64,000 bases of DNA from Escherichia phage AnYang, in sequence record MK234886; one strand, given 5' to 3'. The position numbers and the translations under genes are program-made. This document shows, piece after piece, positions 39,666 to 49,605 of the stretch. How positions within the stretch are numbered: the stretch's first letter is position 1; the number at the start of each line of letters is the position of its first letter. Below the pieces are notes generated by a model that saw only the letters and a program-made list of their open reading frames with translations, was not told the DNA's origin and ran no database searches.

Positions 39666-41225
39666 ATGAAAAAGAATGCATTAGTTCAAAAATGGTCCGC
39701 TCTGCTGGAAAACGAAGCCCTTCCTGAAATCGTGGGTGCTTCTAAACAAGCTATCATCGCTAAAATTTTCGAAAATCAGGAACAAGACATCCTGACTGCC
39801 CCGGAATACCGTGATGAAAAAATCTCCGAAGCATTTGGTTCTTTCCTGACCGAAGCTGAAATTGGTGGTGACCACGGTTATGATGCTACCAATATCGCAG
39901 CTGGCCAGACTTCTGGTGCTGTAACTCAGATTGGGCCGGCAGTAATGGGTATGGTTCGTCGTGCTATTCCTCATCTGATTGCTTTTGATATTTGTGGTGT
40001 TCAGCCTCTGAATAACCCTACCGGCCAGGTATTTGCCCTTCGTGCAGTTTATGGTAAAGACCCTATCGCTTCTGGCGCTAAAGAAGCTTTCCATCCGATG
40101 TATTCTCCAGACGCTATGTTCTCTGGTCAGGGTGCTGCTGAATCTTTCGAAGCACTGGCTGCAAGCAAAGTTCTGGAAGTTGGTAAAATTTATTCTCACT
40201 TCTTCGAAGCTACCGGTGCTGCACACTTCCAGGCTGTTGAAGCTGTAACCGTTGATGCAGGCGCTACTGATGCCGCTAAACTGGATGCTGCTGTTACCGC
40301 GTTGATTGAAGCTGGTAAGTTGGCTGAATTGGCTGAAGGTATGGCTACTTCTATCGCTGAACTTCAGGAAGGCTTTAACGGTTCTACCGATAACCCGTGG
40401 AACGAAATGGGCTTCCGCATCGACAAACAAGTTATCGAAGCTAAATCCCGTCAGCTGAAAGCAAGCTACTCTATCGAACTGGCACAGGACCTTCGTGCAG
40501 TACACGGTATGGATGCAGATGCTGAACTGTCCGGTATCCTTGCTACCGAAATTATGCTCGAAATCAACCGTGAAGTTATCGATTGGATTAACTACTCTGC
40601 ACAGGTTGGTAAATCTGGTATGACCAACACCGTTGGCGCTAAAGCTGGTGTGTTTGACTTCCAGGACCCGATTGATATCCGTGGTGCTCGTTGGGCCGGT
40701 GAGAGCTTTAAAGCCCTTCTGTTCCAGATTGATAAAGAAGCAGCCGAAATCGCTCGTCAGACCGGTCGTGGTGCTGGTAACTTCATCATCGCTTCCCGTA
40801 ACGTAGTTAACGTACTGGCTGCAGTTGATACTTCTGTAAGTTATGCAGCTCAAGGTCTGGGTCAAGGTTTCAACGTTGACACAACCAAAGCAGTATTTGC
40901 CGGTGTTCTTGGTGGTAAATATCGCGTTTACATCGACCAGTATGCACGTTCCGATTACTTCACCATCGGTTATAAAGGCGCTAACGAAATGGACGCAGGT
41001 ATCTACTATGCTCCGTACGTTGCACTGACCCCGCTGCGTGGTTCCGATCCGAAGAACTTCCAACCGGTAATGGGCTTCAAAACTCGTTACGGTATCGGTA
41101 TCAACCCGTTCGCTGACCCGTCTGCACAGGCTCCTACCAAACGTATTCAGAGCGGTATGCCTGACATCGTTAACAGCCTTGGTCTGAATGGTTACTTCCG
41201 TCGCGTATATGTTAAAGGTATCTAA
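39666..41225 (+). CDS. 23: gp23 major capsid protein
   Basis: 519 aa, synteny 22-23-24. Confidence 0.95.
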   Translation: MKKNALVQKWSALLENEALPEIVGASKQAIIAKIFENQEQDILTAPEYRDEKISEAFGSFLTEAEIGGDHGYDATNIAAGQTSGAVTQIGPAVMGMVRRAIPHLIAFDICGVQPLNNPTGQVFALRAVYGKDPIASGAKEAFHPMYSPDAMFSGQGAAESFEALAASKVLEVGKIYSHFFEATGAAHFQAVEAVTVDAGATDAAKLDAAVTALIEAGKLAELAEGMATSIAELQEGFNGSTDNPWNEMGFRIDKQVIEAKSRQLKASYSIELAQDLRAVHGMDADAELSGILATEIMLEINREVIDWINYSAQVGKSGMTNTVGAKAGVFDFQDPIDIRGARWAGESFKALLFQIDKEAAEIARQTGRGAGNFIIASRNVVNVLAAVDTSVSYAAQGLGQGFNVDTTKAVFAGVLGGKYRVYIDQYARSDYFTIGYKGANEMDAGIYYAPYVALTPLRGSDPKNFQPVMGFKTRYGIGINPFADPSAQAPTKRIQSGMPDIVNSLGLNGYFRRVYVKGI

Positions 41226-41241
41226 GATATAACCTTATTAT

Positions 41242-41259
41242 GGGAGACTTCGGTCTCCC
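41242..41259 (+). terminator. rho-independent terminator GGGAGAC-UUCG-GUCUCCC after gene 23
   Basis: perfect hairpin with UUCG loop followed by T-rich tract. Confidence 0.6.
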
Positions 41260-41274
41260 ATTCTTGTTTCTGTA

Positions 41275-41541
41275 CTATGCAATCTTAACTCGTCGATTGA
41301 TGATATCACGGAAGTCAATACGATTTTCTTGGATTTTCAGCCAGTTACCAGATTTGTCTTTGGTATGGGTAGAGTATTCACCGTTCCACCAGAAGTCAGT
41401 TTCATAAGCTAGGGCTTCGTATTTCTTAACCAATGCATTAACTGCATTACCGTTAGGATTGGTACCAAATTTTTCTACCAGAGCTTTGATGTCTTTGTCA
41501 AGGTTAGAAAGCGTGGTACGGATAAAGTTTAATTTGTTCAT
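41275..41541 (-). CDS. hypothetical protein (88 aa) in the position occupied by segD in T4
   Basis: ATG 41541 with GAGGAG RBS; early promoter upstream; no GIY-YIG motif. Confidence 0.5.
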   Translation of the reverse strand: MNKLNFIRTTLSNLDKDIKALVEKFGTNPNGNAVNALVKKYEALAYETDFWWNGEYSTHTKDKSGNWLKIQENRIDFRDIINRRVKIA

Positions 41542-41570
41542 TTTTAATCTCCTCATGTTTTGATAGGTCT

Positions 41571-41599
41571 ATAGTAACACGACGCTTTTTGTGTGTAAA
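41571..41599 (-). promoter_or_regulatory. early promoter GTTTACA-N17-TACTAT (minus strand)
   Basis: same repeated module as 4608-4636 and 8958-8986. Confidence 0.45.
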
Positions 41600-41606
41600 C
41601 CACTTT

Positions 41607-41614
41607 TATAAATA
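41607..41614 (+). promoter_or_regulatory. late promoter TATAAATA for gene 24
   Basis: exact consensus about 30 nt upstream of ATG 41644. Confidence 0.55.
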
Positions 41615-41643
41615 AAATTATATTCTCAATAAGGAAAATAGCA

Positions 41644-42924
41644 ATGGCTAAAATTAACGACCTTTTAAAAGAGTCGACCACTACTTCGAGTTCTTCGATT
41701 GGTCGTCCAAATTTAGTAGCTTTAACCAGAGCTACGACCAAACTGATTTATACCGACCTTGTAGCTCAGCAGCGTACTAACCAACCTTTGGCTGCTCTAT
41801 ATGGTATCAAATATCTTACAGAAAAAAACGAATTATCTTTCCAGACAGGTGCTACTTATTCTGGTGCAGTATCCGCTAAAGACCGTGCCTCTATCCCAGT
41901 TTTCACTGCAGGTGCTGTTTACGCTAAAGATGATTTGTTCCAATTTGAAAACGTAGTTTATAAAGCTTTGGTAGCAACACCATTTGCAGGTGCTACTGGC
42001 GATGAATACGAACAACTTCAAGAAGCTATTGTTAAGTTGACTATTCGTATTATGTCCGAAGCCGCACTGACTGAGCGTTTTGAAGGCCTCCAGGATGTAG
42101 ATGTTTCTGAAGCCAAATTCGTCGTTAATAAATGGAACGCTCCAGTTAAATCCCGTAAGTTGAAGAGTACTGTTACTGTAGAACTGGCTCAAGACCTCGA
42201 AGCAAATGGTTTCGATGCCCCTAATTTCTTGGAAGACCTCCTGGCTACTGAAATGGCTGATGAAATCAACAAAGATATTCTTCAGTCCCTGGTTACGGTT
42301 TCCAAGCGTTATAAAGTTGAAGGTTTGTGTGATGACGGCTTAATTGACCTGAGTTATGCTAACTCACCGGAAGCTTCTCGCAAGCTTTATGAAATAGTTT
42401 GTGAAATGGTTTCTCATATCCAGCGCGCAACCTCTTATACAGCAACTTATGTAGTAGCGAGTACTCGCGTAGCCGCTGTTCTGGCTGGTTCTGGCTGGTT
42501 AAGACATACCCCACAGAACGATAAATATCTTTCTGCAAATGCATACGGATTCCTGGAAAATGGTTTGCCAGTGTATTGTGATACCAACACGCCAATTGAT
42601 TATGTTACTGTAGGTGTTAAAGAGGAATTTGGTGGGAAAGAAGCGGTAGGTTCTTTGTTCTATGCGCCGTATACAGAAGGCCTTGATTTGGCTGACCCTG
42701 AACATGTGGGTACATTTAAAGTGGTCGTTGACCCTGAAAGCCTGCAACCATCTATTGCATTAATGGTTCGTTATGCACTGGCTGCTAACCCTTATACGGT
42801 TACTTCTGATGATAAACAAGCCCGTATTATTGATGCGACTAATATGGATTTGATGGCGGGACGTTCTGATATGTCCGTATTGCTTGGTGTGAAACTTCCT
42901 AAAGTTTTGACTGAATTAAACTAA
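41644..42924 (+). CDS. 24: gp24 capsid vertex protein
   Basis: 426 aa, synteny after gene 23. Confidence 0.9.
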   Translation: MAKINDLLKESTTTSSSSIGRPNLVALTRATTKLIYTDLVAQQRTNQPLAALYGIKYLTEKNELSFQTGATYSGAVSAKDRASIPVFTAGAVYAKDDLFQFENVVYKALVATPFAGATGDEYEQLQEAIVKLTIRIMSEAALTERFEGLQDVDVSEAKFVVNKWNAPVKSRKLKSTVTVELAQDLEANGFDAPNFLEDLLATEMADEINKDILQSLVTVSKRYKVEGLCDDGLIDLSYANSPEASRKLYEIVCEMVSHIQRATSYTATYVVASTRVAAVLAGSGWLRHTPQNDKYLSANAYGFLENGLPVYCDTNTPIDYVTVGVKEEFGGKEAVGSLFYAPYTEGLDLADPEHVGTFKVVVDPESLQPSIALMVRYALAANPYTVTSDDKQARIIDATNMDLMAGRSDMSVLLGVKLPKVLTELN

Positions 42925-42930
42925 CAAAAA

Positions 42931-42946
42931 GGGACCTCACGGTCCC
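42931..42946. terminator. bidirectional hairpin GGGACC-UCAC-GGUCCC flanked by A-run and U-run
   Basis: between convergent genes 24 and rnlB. Confidence 0.6.
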
Positions 42947-42954
42947 TTTATCAT

Positions 42955-43962
42955 TTATTTGGATACTAGTTCAATCCAAACATGTCTTAATGTTTCTTTT
43001 ACAGACTCGATGAGTTGCTTTTTAACTTCAACAGGATTTTCAGCGTCAGTTAATTCTAATTCTTCACGGGCGGCTTCTTCTAAGATATCTTGGACTGTCA
43101 AGCCCATTACCTTTCCGAAATCCTTTTTAGATACTTCGCCAATCTTACTGATGACATTGTTAATGCGGTTAACAGTCACATAATCGGTGAATTGCCACAT
43201 CAAATCCATATCGTCTTGGGATAAAACTACCGCAGTCTTGATAGGCTTATCGGACTTTTTCTTCTCGCTGAATTTAGAGTTCTTACATTTAATCGCTACG
43301 CGATTTCCGTTTGGAAGCCAGGTAGGAATATCAGGTTTAAGTACAAAGCCTTCGGCTGTAAATACTTTACCTTCTACCTTAGGAATAAAGTCTGTCGAGT
43401 TTGCAATAGTTAGGCCAGCGTTATCCACTGCAAAATTATAATCAGGAATAACTGAATCAAAGTCGTTAGGTAATTTAATAAGGTCTTCAAAGCTACCGGT
43501 GGCCAGACATGGAGCTACCTTAAACTTATGGATAATACAGAAGGCTTCCATCAATGTATCGGTTAGAACAGATTCTGAGCCATCTTCCTTAGTAACTCGG
43601 ATATCGAACACATAAAAGTCTTTATCGCCGTAGTCCACATTCTTCTGGATACCTGTCCCAGCGAATTCGCCATAAATCTGGTACGACTGATAATTAATCG
43701 ATTCAATTAGATGTTGAACAGATTTAATAGAATCGGCATAGTTCTTAAGTACAATTTCATAACCATAGAAATCTTCAGCAGGGAGGATAGGGCCAGTGCG
43801 CTTGGCGCATGTGACTGCGTCACGTTCTATGATTAAACTAAAGTTGGTTCCATGAATCTTCTCACGTGCCACCCATTCACCACCGGTCAAACCATTAGTA
43901 CGGAGTTTTTCGATAAACTTACTGTTGTAGTGGTTTTCGAGACTGCTATATTTCTTGAACAT
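42955..43962 (-). CDS. rnlB: RNA ligase 2
   Basis: 335 aa; nucleotidyltransferase motif [13 protein letters not shown]; N-terminus [20 protein letters not shown] matches T4 Rnl2 as I recall it. Confidence 0.9.
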   Translation of the reverse strand: MFKKYSSLENHYNSKFIEKLRTNGLTGGEWVAREKIHGTNFSLIIERDAVTCAKRTGPILPAEDFYGYEIVLKNYADSIKSVQHLIESINYQSYQIYGEFAGTGIQKNVDYGDKDFYVFDIRVTKEDGSESVLTDTLMEAFCIIHKFKVAPCLATGSFEDLIKLPNDFDSVIPDYNFAVDNAGLTIANSTDFIPKVEGKVFTAEGFVLKPDIPTWLPNGNRVAIKCKNSKFSEKKKSDKPIKTAVVLSQDDMDLMWQFTDYVTVNRINNVISKIGEVSKKDFGKVMGLTVQDILEEAAREELELTDAENPVEVKKQLIESVKETLRHVWIELVSK

Positions 43963-44076
43963 AAATCACCATAATAAATATAATTAAATAGAAGAGCTAG
44001 TAGTCTTCTGTCACCAAGCCAAATGGTTTAACGGAAGGACCTAGACCCATTATAACACACCTAAATTTAAAGCATA

Positions 44077-44286
44077 TTACTTTGAACCAGAACGCGCTTT
44101 GCGCCGAACCTTGTTGTTCAATCTTTTACGATAAACAACCTTTTCTTTCGCTTTAAATTTGGCCTTGGCTTGTTCTACATCAACCCATGCTTTGGCCATG
44201 TCCTTAGCGGTCCCGCCCATTTTTTTAGCAATTTCTATAAAATTCAACCCAGATTCGTGTAAAAAATGTACTTTAACCTTATCCAT
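44077..44286 (-). CDS. small basic protein with helix-turn-helix-like segment (ORF track start 44325)
   Basis: ESGLNFIEIAKKMGGTAKDMAKAWV followed by Lys/Arg-rich tail; start uncertain. Confidence 0.4.
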   Translation of the reverse strand: MDKVKVHFLHESGLNFIEIAKKMGGTAKDMAKAWVDVEQAKAKFKAKEKVVYRKRLNNKVRRKARSGSK

Positions 44287-44389
44287 AACAATTCTCTCGT
44301 TGAGTTGGTAAACCCATCTTAACATAGGATTTTTAACTTGTAAACAGGAATTTTGTACTTTAATGCAAAATGGGCCTTGCGGCCCATAA

Positions 44390-45238
44390 TTAGTAAACGT
44401 AATCGTATATAATACCAGCTTCTAAAGCGGTGCGATGAATAATTCGACCATTACGAGATTCTTGTACATCAACCTCTGGATAGTCGGTAATCATTTTTTG
44501 AAGTGTGTATCGGTGCAAATAATACGGGCTATCCGGGCTATCAGTTTTCCAGTCTTGCCCAGCAAGAGTCATTTTCTGAATTTCGTCCATAACCCACCAA
44601 CCGCACCAAATATAAGCTGAATTACGTACTGGCAATGGATGTACATAAGGTAATTCGCCATCTGGAACTGGTGCGACTTTAGCCGTGACTGTTACATTAC
44701 CGGTTTTGGTAACGGTTGCAGGGTTATAATCAGTCGCCGAAACCACAACAGAAACTTCAATAACCTGTGAACCTTCAGCGCTTGTATCGATTGCTAGAGT
44801 ATCCGTGGTGCCAACTACAGGAGAACCGTCTTTCTTCCAAGAATAGGCAAAAGTAGCTCCACTCGGTGCGCCGACGACATCCGCTTTAAAAGAGGCCGGG
44901 GTGTCTTCCGGAACATTAATTGATTCTGGGGTTAATGTCACAGAAACACCAGTCATTGTTTTATTCTGGATAGTTAAAGTTGTTTCGGCTTCAGCTGTTT
45001 CTGGTTCGCCATCCGCCGGTGTAGTTGTTGCAACAACTTTAATAGTCTTGCTGCCTGCTGGACCAACTGCGACATAATCCATTGCTGCAGTCACAGAAGA
45101 TTGAGGAACACCATCAACGGTCCAGACAAATGATTCGGTACCTTCAGCTGCAGCACCGGAACCGGTCGCAGTGAAATTGGTTGTTGCTCCAATAACGGCC
45201 GTAGCCGCCAAAGGAGCAATAGTTACGGTATAAGCCAT
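44390..45238 (-). CDS. hoc: Hoc-like capsid decoration protein with Ig-like repeats (282 aa)
   Basis: Thr/Val/Ala-rich beta-strand repeats then conserved C-terminal domain; position between rnlB and inh. Confidence 0.7.
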   Translation of the reverse strand: MAYTVTIAPLAATAVIGATTNFTATGSGAAAEGTESFVWTVDGVPQSSVTAAMDYVAVGPAGSKTIKVVATTTPADGEPETAEAETTLTIQNKTMTGVSVTLTPESINVPEDTPASFKADVVGAPSGATFAYSWKKDGSPVVGTTDTLAIDTSAEGSQVIEVSVVVSATDYNPATVTKTGNVTVTAKVAPVPDGELPYVHPLPVRNSAYIWCGWWVMDEIQKMTLAGQDWKTDSPDSPYYLHRYTLQKMITDYPEVDVQESRNGRIIHRTALEAGIIYDYVY

Positions 45239-45247
45239 AATAAACCC

Positions 45248-45919
45248 TTATTTTAAAGTGACAAAAGATGAGTTACGAGTTTCTCGTATTAGAACAGACC
45301 CATTACGATTGATGTAATAAATCAAGCTGAATAGTGTTTGGTGTGCAGTAGGATGTTGGAAAGCAGTTGGACGTTCTTTCCAATCCGGGGTCTCAGAAAT
45401 CCATTGATAAATCCACCAAGGAACGGTGCAATAGCCAGGGTTCTTACCGATAAGCAAAAGATTAGGACTGAAGTTTTCAGGTAAAGAGAATACAGGTTTT
45501 TCCAATTCAACAACCTTGGCTACAGCTTCTTTGAATTTCTCTTCGTCAAACGGAACATCCTCTTCAATAATCTCTACCTTAGGATGTTCGGCTACCTCAA
45601 CGACTTCAACAACTGCCTCAGGAGCATCGAACAACAGGGTTGCTTCTTCTTTAGCAGGTTCAACACCATCAATAAATTCATTAGAACCTGTAAGTTCGTC
45701 GGCAGCATCAATCAAATCAGAAATGGACAACCCTTCGGTTTCCGGAAGTGGTTCGTCGGCCAAGGCTTTAAGACCTTCAGTGATATCGATAATCAAATTA
45801 TCAAACGAACGGGTTTTCTTAAGTTTTAAACCGAACTGTTCGCCGTATTCGATTAACTTAGCTTTAGCTTCTTTTTTATCTTCGAGTGCACGAAGCTCTT
45901 CAATATATTGAGTATCCAT
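45248..45919 (-). CDS. inh: Inh-like protein (inhibitor of prohead protease)
   Basis: 223 aa, acidic N-terminal half, position between hoc and uvsW. Confidence 0.55.
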   Translation of the reverse strand: MDTQYIEELRALEDKKEAKAKLIEYGEQFGLKLKKTRSFDNLIIDITEGLKALADEPLPETEGLSISDLIDAADELTGSNEFIDGVEPAKEEATLLFDAPEAVVEVVEVAEHPKVEIIEEDVPFDEEKFKEAVAKVVELEKPVFSLPENFSPNLLLIGKNPGYCTVPWWIYQWISETPDWKERPTAFQHPTAHQTLFSLIYYINRNGSVLIRETRNSSFVTLK

Positions 45920-45974
45920 AATTAGTCTCTTGTTGGTGTATAAATATAACTATATTTATAACTGAGAATTACTT

Positions 45975-47471
45975 ATGCAAATTCAAGTACATTTTGATAA
46001 TTTTAGTCATGTTCGTATTGAATGCGATGAATCTACATTCTACGAACTCAGAGACTATTTTAGCTTTGAAGCTGATGGATATAAATTCAACCCTAAATTT
46101 CGTTATGGGCAATGGGATGGTCGTATTCGTCTTCTGGATTATAACCGTAAACTGCCTTATGGATTGGTCCCTCAAATTAAAAAGTTCGCTGAACAATTTG
46201 AATACTCTCTGTGGATTGACCCACGTATTCTTGAACAGGAAGATATTTCTCGTGAAGATTTTGACTCATGGGTAGCTTCTCAAGAAATTTATTCAGGGTC
46301 TACCAAGATTGAGCCTCATTGGTATCAGAATGAAGCCGTATACAACGGCCTGACAAAACGTCGCGCAATTCTGAATTTACCTACATCCGCAGGTAAATCA
46401 TTAATCCAGGCGCTCCTGAGTCGATATTACGTTGAGAACTATGAAGGTAAAATCCTTATTCTGGTTCCTACTACTGCACTTGTCGACCAGATGATTAATG
46501 ACTTCATCGATTATCGTCTGTTCCCTAAAGCAGCAATGCTTGGTATTCGTTCAGGTACTGCTCGTGATTCTGATGCAATGATTTACGTTTCGACTTATCA
46601 AACTGCTATTAAGCAACCTAAAGAATGGTTTGCTCAGTTTGGTATGTTTATGAACGACGAATGCCATTTGGCTACAGGTAAATCTATTTCTACTATCATC
46701 GAAGGCCTAACCAACTGTATGTTTAAATTTGGTTTGTCTGGTTCTTTAAAAGATGGTAAAGCTAATTTAATGCAATATATGGGTTTGTTTGGTGACGTGT
46801 TTAAACCTGTTTCCACCTCCCAATTGATGGAAGAAGGACAGGTTACAGACCTTAAAATCAACAGTATTTTCCTTCGATACCCAGACGAATTCACAGTTAA
46901 GATGAAAGGTAAAGATTACCAATCAGAAATTAAAGTCATTACTAAGGCTACTCGTCGTAATAAATGGGTTGCTAATTTAGCTGTTAAACTCGCTAAGAAA
47001 GAAGAGAACGTATTCCTGATGTTTAAAAACATCGAACACGGTAAAACTCTTTTTGAAATGGTTAAAGAGCAACATAAAGAAGTTTATTATGTATCAGGTG
47101 AAGTTAATACCGAAACGCGTAATGCTCTGAAAGTAATGGCGGAAAATGGTAAGGGTATTATTGTTGTGGCAAGTTATGGTGTGTTCTCTACTGGTATTTC
47201 CGTTAAGAACCTTCACCACGTTGTATTTGCTCATCCGGTAAAATCTAAAATCATTGTACTCCAGACAATTGGTCGTGTACTCCGTAAACATGCTTCTAAA
47301 TCAACAGCACAAGTATGGGATATCATCGACGACATGGGTGTTAAGCCTAAATCAGCTACGGCTAAAAAGAAATATGTTCATTTGAACTACGCCCTCAAAC
47401 ACGCTTTAGAACGTATTCAACGTTATGCTGATGAGAAATTTAATTACGTAATGAAACAGGTGGATTTATGA
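45975..47471 (+). CDS. uvsW: UvsW DNA/RNA helicase
   Basis: Walker A PTSAGKS, DEAH-like box DECH, 498 aa. Confidence 0.9.
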   Translation: MQIQVHFDNFSHVRIECDESTFYELRDYFSFEADGYKFNPKFRYGQWDGRIRLLDYNRKLPYGLVPQIKKFAEQFEYSLWIDPRILEQEDISREDFDSWVASQEIYSGSTKIEPHWYQNEAVYNGLTKRRAILNLPTSAGKSLIQALLSRYYVENYEGKILILVPTTALVDQMINDFIDYRLFPKAAMLGIRSGTARDSDAMIYVSTYQTAIKQPKEWFAQFGMFMNDECHLATGKSISTIIEGLTNCMFKFGLSGSLKDGKANLMQYMGLFGDVFKPVSTSQLMEEGQVTDLKINSIFLRYPDEFTVKMKGKDYQSEIKVITKATRRNKWVANLAVKLAKKEENVFLMFKNIEHGKTLFEMVKEQHKEVYYVSGEVNTETRNALKVMAENGKGIIVVASYGVFSTGISVKNLHHVVFAHPVKSKIIVLQTIGRVLRKHASKSTAQVWDIIDDMGVKPKSATAKKKYVHLNYALKHALERIQRYADEKFNYVMKQVDL

Positions 47472-47695
47472 AAACCTTTAAAGAAGTTATTCAGGAAGCA
47501 TCTATTGAAAGCTTCATGTCTAAAATTAGTTCTTGTCAGACCATGGACGGTCTGGAGGAATTGGAGAAGTATTACAAAACTCGTAGTAAGGAAGCCGAAC
47601 TTCGTGATTCGGATGATATTAGCGTGCGCGATGCATTGGCTGGTAAGAGAGCTGAATTGGAGTCGATGGACGACGAGGAAGAGGAAGATTTCTAA
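47468..47695 (+). CDS. uvsW.1: UvsW.1 small acidic protein
   Basis: 75 aa, ATGA overlap with uvsW stop. Confidence 0.7.
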   Translation: MKTFKEVIQEASIESFMSKISSCQTMDGLEELEKYYKTRSKEAELRDSDDISVRDALAGKRAELESMDDEEEEDF

Positions 47696-47702
47696 ACAAA
47701 AA

Positions 47703-47725
47703 GGGCCCAACCTTTCGGAAGGGCC
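47703..47725 (-). terminator. hairpin GGCCCUUCCGAAAGGUUGGGCCC + U-run (minus strand)
   Basis: third copy of the element at 5346 and 5968; T-run on minus strand. Confidence 0.5.
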
Positions 47726-47755
47726 AATAACCATAAAATGGCTATACACACTAGA

Positions 47756-47923
47756 CTAAATTAATAATTGGGTTTCGTTCAGCTGTTCTTCAGTGTTTTC
47801 CGTAACTGGCAAGCTTTGAACGTAATTATAGCATGGACCCGGGTGAACCGGACCTTTTTCTGTTTCAACAACCAATGCAGCATCGATTGGAGTTTTACAG
47901 ACAACGCAAATCTTATCTGACAT
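47756..47923 (-). CDS. small Cys-containing protein (55 aa), uvsY.-2 position
   Basis: not in ORF track (under 60 aa); ATG with AAGGAG RBS 6 nt upstream; CVVC...C pattern. Confidence 0.5.
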   Translation of the reverse strand: MSDKICVVCKTPIDAALVVETEKGPVHPGPCYNYVQSLPVTENTEEQLNETQLLI

Positions 47924-47951
47924 GATTGTCTCCTTAGTTTAACTTACATAT

Positions 47952-48050
47952 CTATTTATTACTTGCTAAAGCGGCATTAATGAATTCTTGGAGAAGTTTC
48001 ATCTTATCGGCATCTACTTTAATGGGTTTGGTATTTTTAGTACGTCTCAT
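47952..48050 (-). CDS. possible small basic protein (32 aa), uvsY.-1 position
   Basis: ATG overlaps uvsY stop (TAATG); very short. Confidence 0.3.
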   Translation of the reverse strand: MRRTKNTKPIKVDADKMKLLQEFINAALASNK

Positions 48051-48484
48051 TATTTACCTGCCTCAAATTGTCTCATCTCATGCATAGTCTTAAGGTTAAA
48101 ACCACGCGCCTTAATAGCATCAAGTGCCGAACTACAGAAGTCCTGTAATAAAGCCCAATACTGGATTGATGTATCGATTTTAATTACACTAGAATCTGCT
48201 GCCATAACAGTCTTTAATTCAGACTTCTCGTACTGGTCCATACAAACCTCATCACCAGGCTCTCCACGTCCCGTGTAGAAATCTAATCGCTTCTTAAGTG
48301 AGGTCTTTTTCTGGATTTCTAATCTCATTATTTCTTTCTTACAATTCGTATACAGTCTTAGCCATTTGCTGTGCAGCAAAACGTTGTTCTGTACTTCATA
48401 CTGTAAACGAGTCCCATCAATCTTCAAATCTTCATCCAAAGCATCTTGAAACGACTCTAATTTATATTCAATCTCTTTACTCAT
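48050..48484 (-). CDS. uvsY: UvsY recombination mediator (ATG 48484; ORF track start 48517)
   Basis: resembles T4 UvsY as I recall it, e.g. KIDTSIQYWALLQDFCSSALDAIKARGF; 144 aa. Confidence 0.9.
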   Translation of the reverse strand: MSKEIEYKLESFQDALDEDLKIDGTRLQYEVQNNVLLHSKWLRLYTNCKKEIMRLEIQKKTSLKKRLDFYTGRGEPGDEVCMDQYEKSELKTVMAADSSVIKIDTSIQYWALLQDFCSSALDAIKARGFNLKTMHEMRQFEAGK

Positions 48485-48542
48485 CGCATGTTTCCTGTGT
48501 AATAACCATAGGACCATTATACACTATTCATTTGAACAGCAA

Positions 48543-48932
48543 TTAGCCACTCTGGGAGAGCTGAATTCTAATTTGCTCTAATGTATCCGGGTCATCAACA
48601 ATACTAAACTGAACCGTCACTATAATCGAGTTGTCATCGTACACAGGGGTCACACCTACGGCCAGGGCAGAAATTCTAGGTTCGAAGTTCCGCACAGCGG
48701 AAACTATATTACGCTTAATGGTATCCGTGATTAATGGGGTGATATTTTCAAACAATTGGTTACTGATGTCGCAACCAAATTCCGGCATAAAAGGGCGTGA
48801 ACCTTTGCGAGTAGTAATAATGCCTAACAAACTATTTTTTACTGCACGAGCACCTGTAGCTTTAGCAACGTCTCTATTCCAAGACGTTCTCATCTCAGGG
48901 TCTAAATCCGAATACATTTTATTGATATTCAT
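48543..48932 (-). CDS. 25: gp25 baseplate wedge protein
   Basis: 129 aa, synteny. Confidence 0.8.
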   Translation of the reverse strand: MNINKMYSDLDPEMRTSWNRDVAKATGARAVKNSLLGIITTRKGSRPFMPEFGCDISNQLFENITPLITDTIKRNIVSAVRNFEPRISALAVGVTPVYDDNSIIVTVQFSIVDDPDTLEQIRIQLSQSG

Positions 48933-49555
48933 TACATCACCTTAAAGAACTCTTTAAGTCCCTCAATAACGTGGACGGTATGTTCACCACATTCACAAGA
49001 AATAGGTATGGCCAAAATAGGCTTAGGGGTAACTAGTGCATCATAAACTTCTTTTATATCTTTTTCTGTTATCACAGAATAAAGGTCATCAAGTTCGGCA
49101 TCGCTTAAATCGGAAAGAAAAAGCTTTTCGCCTGCGGAAGTTAAAATATAATCGATACACCCTGCGACCATCATAGCCCTATTTTTATCTTCAAAGAGTT
49201 TAGGGTATCTGAAAACAATTTTAAAGTTGCCAAAGTCTTTAATAACATCAGGCTCTTTACCTAATGTTGCGCGAGTTAGTGTCATAGGGACAACCTGTGA
49301 GCGACCACAACTACAAACCCACTCACGTTCTATATTCACTTCAGCTAATGAATGGGCCCACAGGTTTATCACCAGGAGCTCGGATTCTTGCTTGTTTAAA
49401 TCACGAGCATCTGTGCAATTCGAAATGAGTTCATTGATAAAGGACTCTATTCTGCCTTCTAATTTAGCTTGGAGCAAGTCCTTATACTCTCTGAGGGTAA
49501 ATGCTCTGCATTTTATGGTTTTGTTTTTAATTTTTACGTCAAAAGTATAATTCAT
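48932..49555 (-). CDS. 26: gp26 baseplate hub protein
   Basis: 207 aa, synteny, TAATG coupling to gene 25. Confidence 0.75.
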   Translation of the reverse strand: MNYTFDVKIKNKTIKCRAFTLREYKDLLQAKLEGRIESFINELISNCTDARDLNKQESELLVINLWAHSLAEVNIEREWVCSCGRSQVVPMTLTRATLGKEPDVIKDFGNFKIVFRYPKLFEDKNRAMMVAGCIDYILTSAGEKLFLSDLSDAELDDLYSVITEKDIKEVYDALVTPKPILAIPISCECGEHTVHVIEGLKEFFKVM

Positions 49556-49573
49556 TGTCTTCTCCTTTAAGCT

Positions 49574-49585
49574 TATTTATAAATA
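49574..49585. promoter_or_regulatory. overlapping divergent late promoters (palindrome TATTTATAAATA) for genes 26 (minus) and 51 (plus)
   Basis: TATAAATA readable on both strands within 12 nt between divergent genes. Confidence 0.5.
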
Positions 49586-49605
49586 CATCAATAAGAGGAC
49601 ACCCT

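Noticed and set aside
39681-41063. 460 aa ORF on the minus strand inside gene 23
   Set aside because: Antisense to the major capsid gene; no RBS; typical stop-free antisense frame of a highly expressed gene.
45516-45911. 131 aa plus-strand ORF opposite inh
   Set aside because: Ser-rich low-complexity antisense frame; overlaps a better-supported minus-strand gene.
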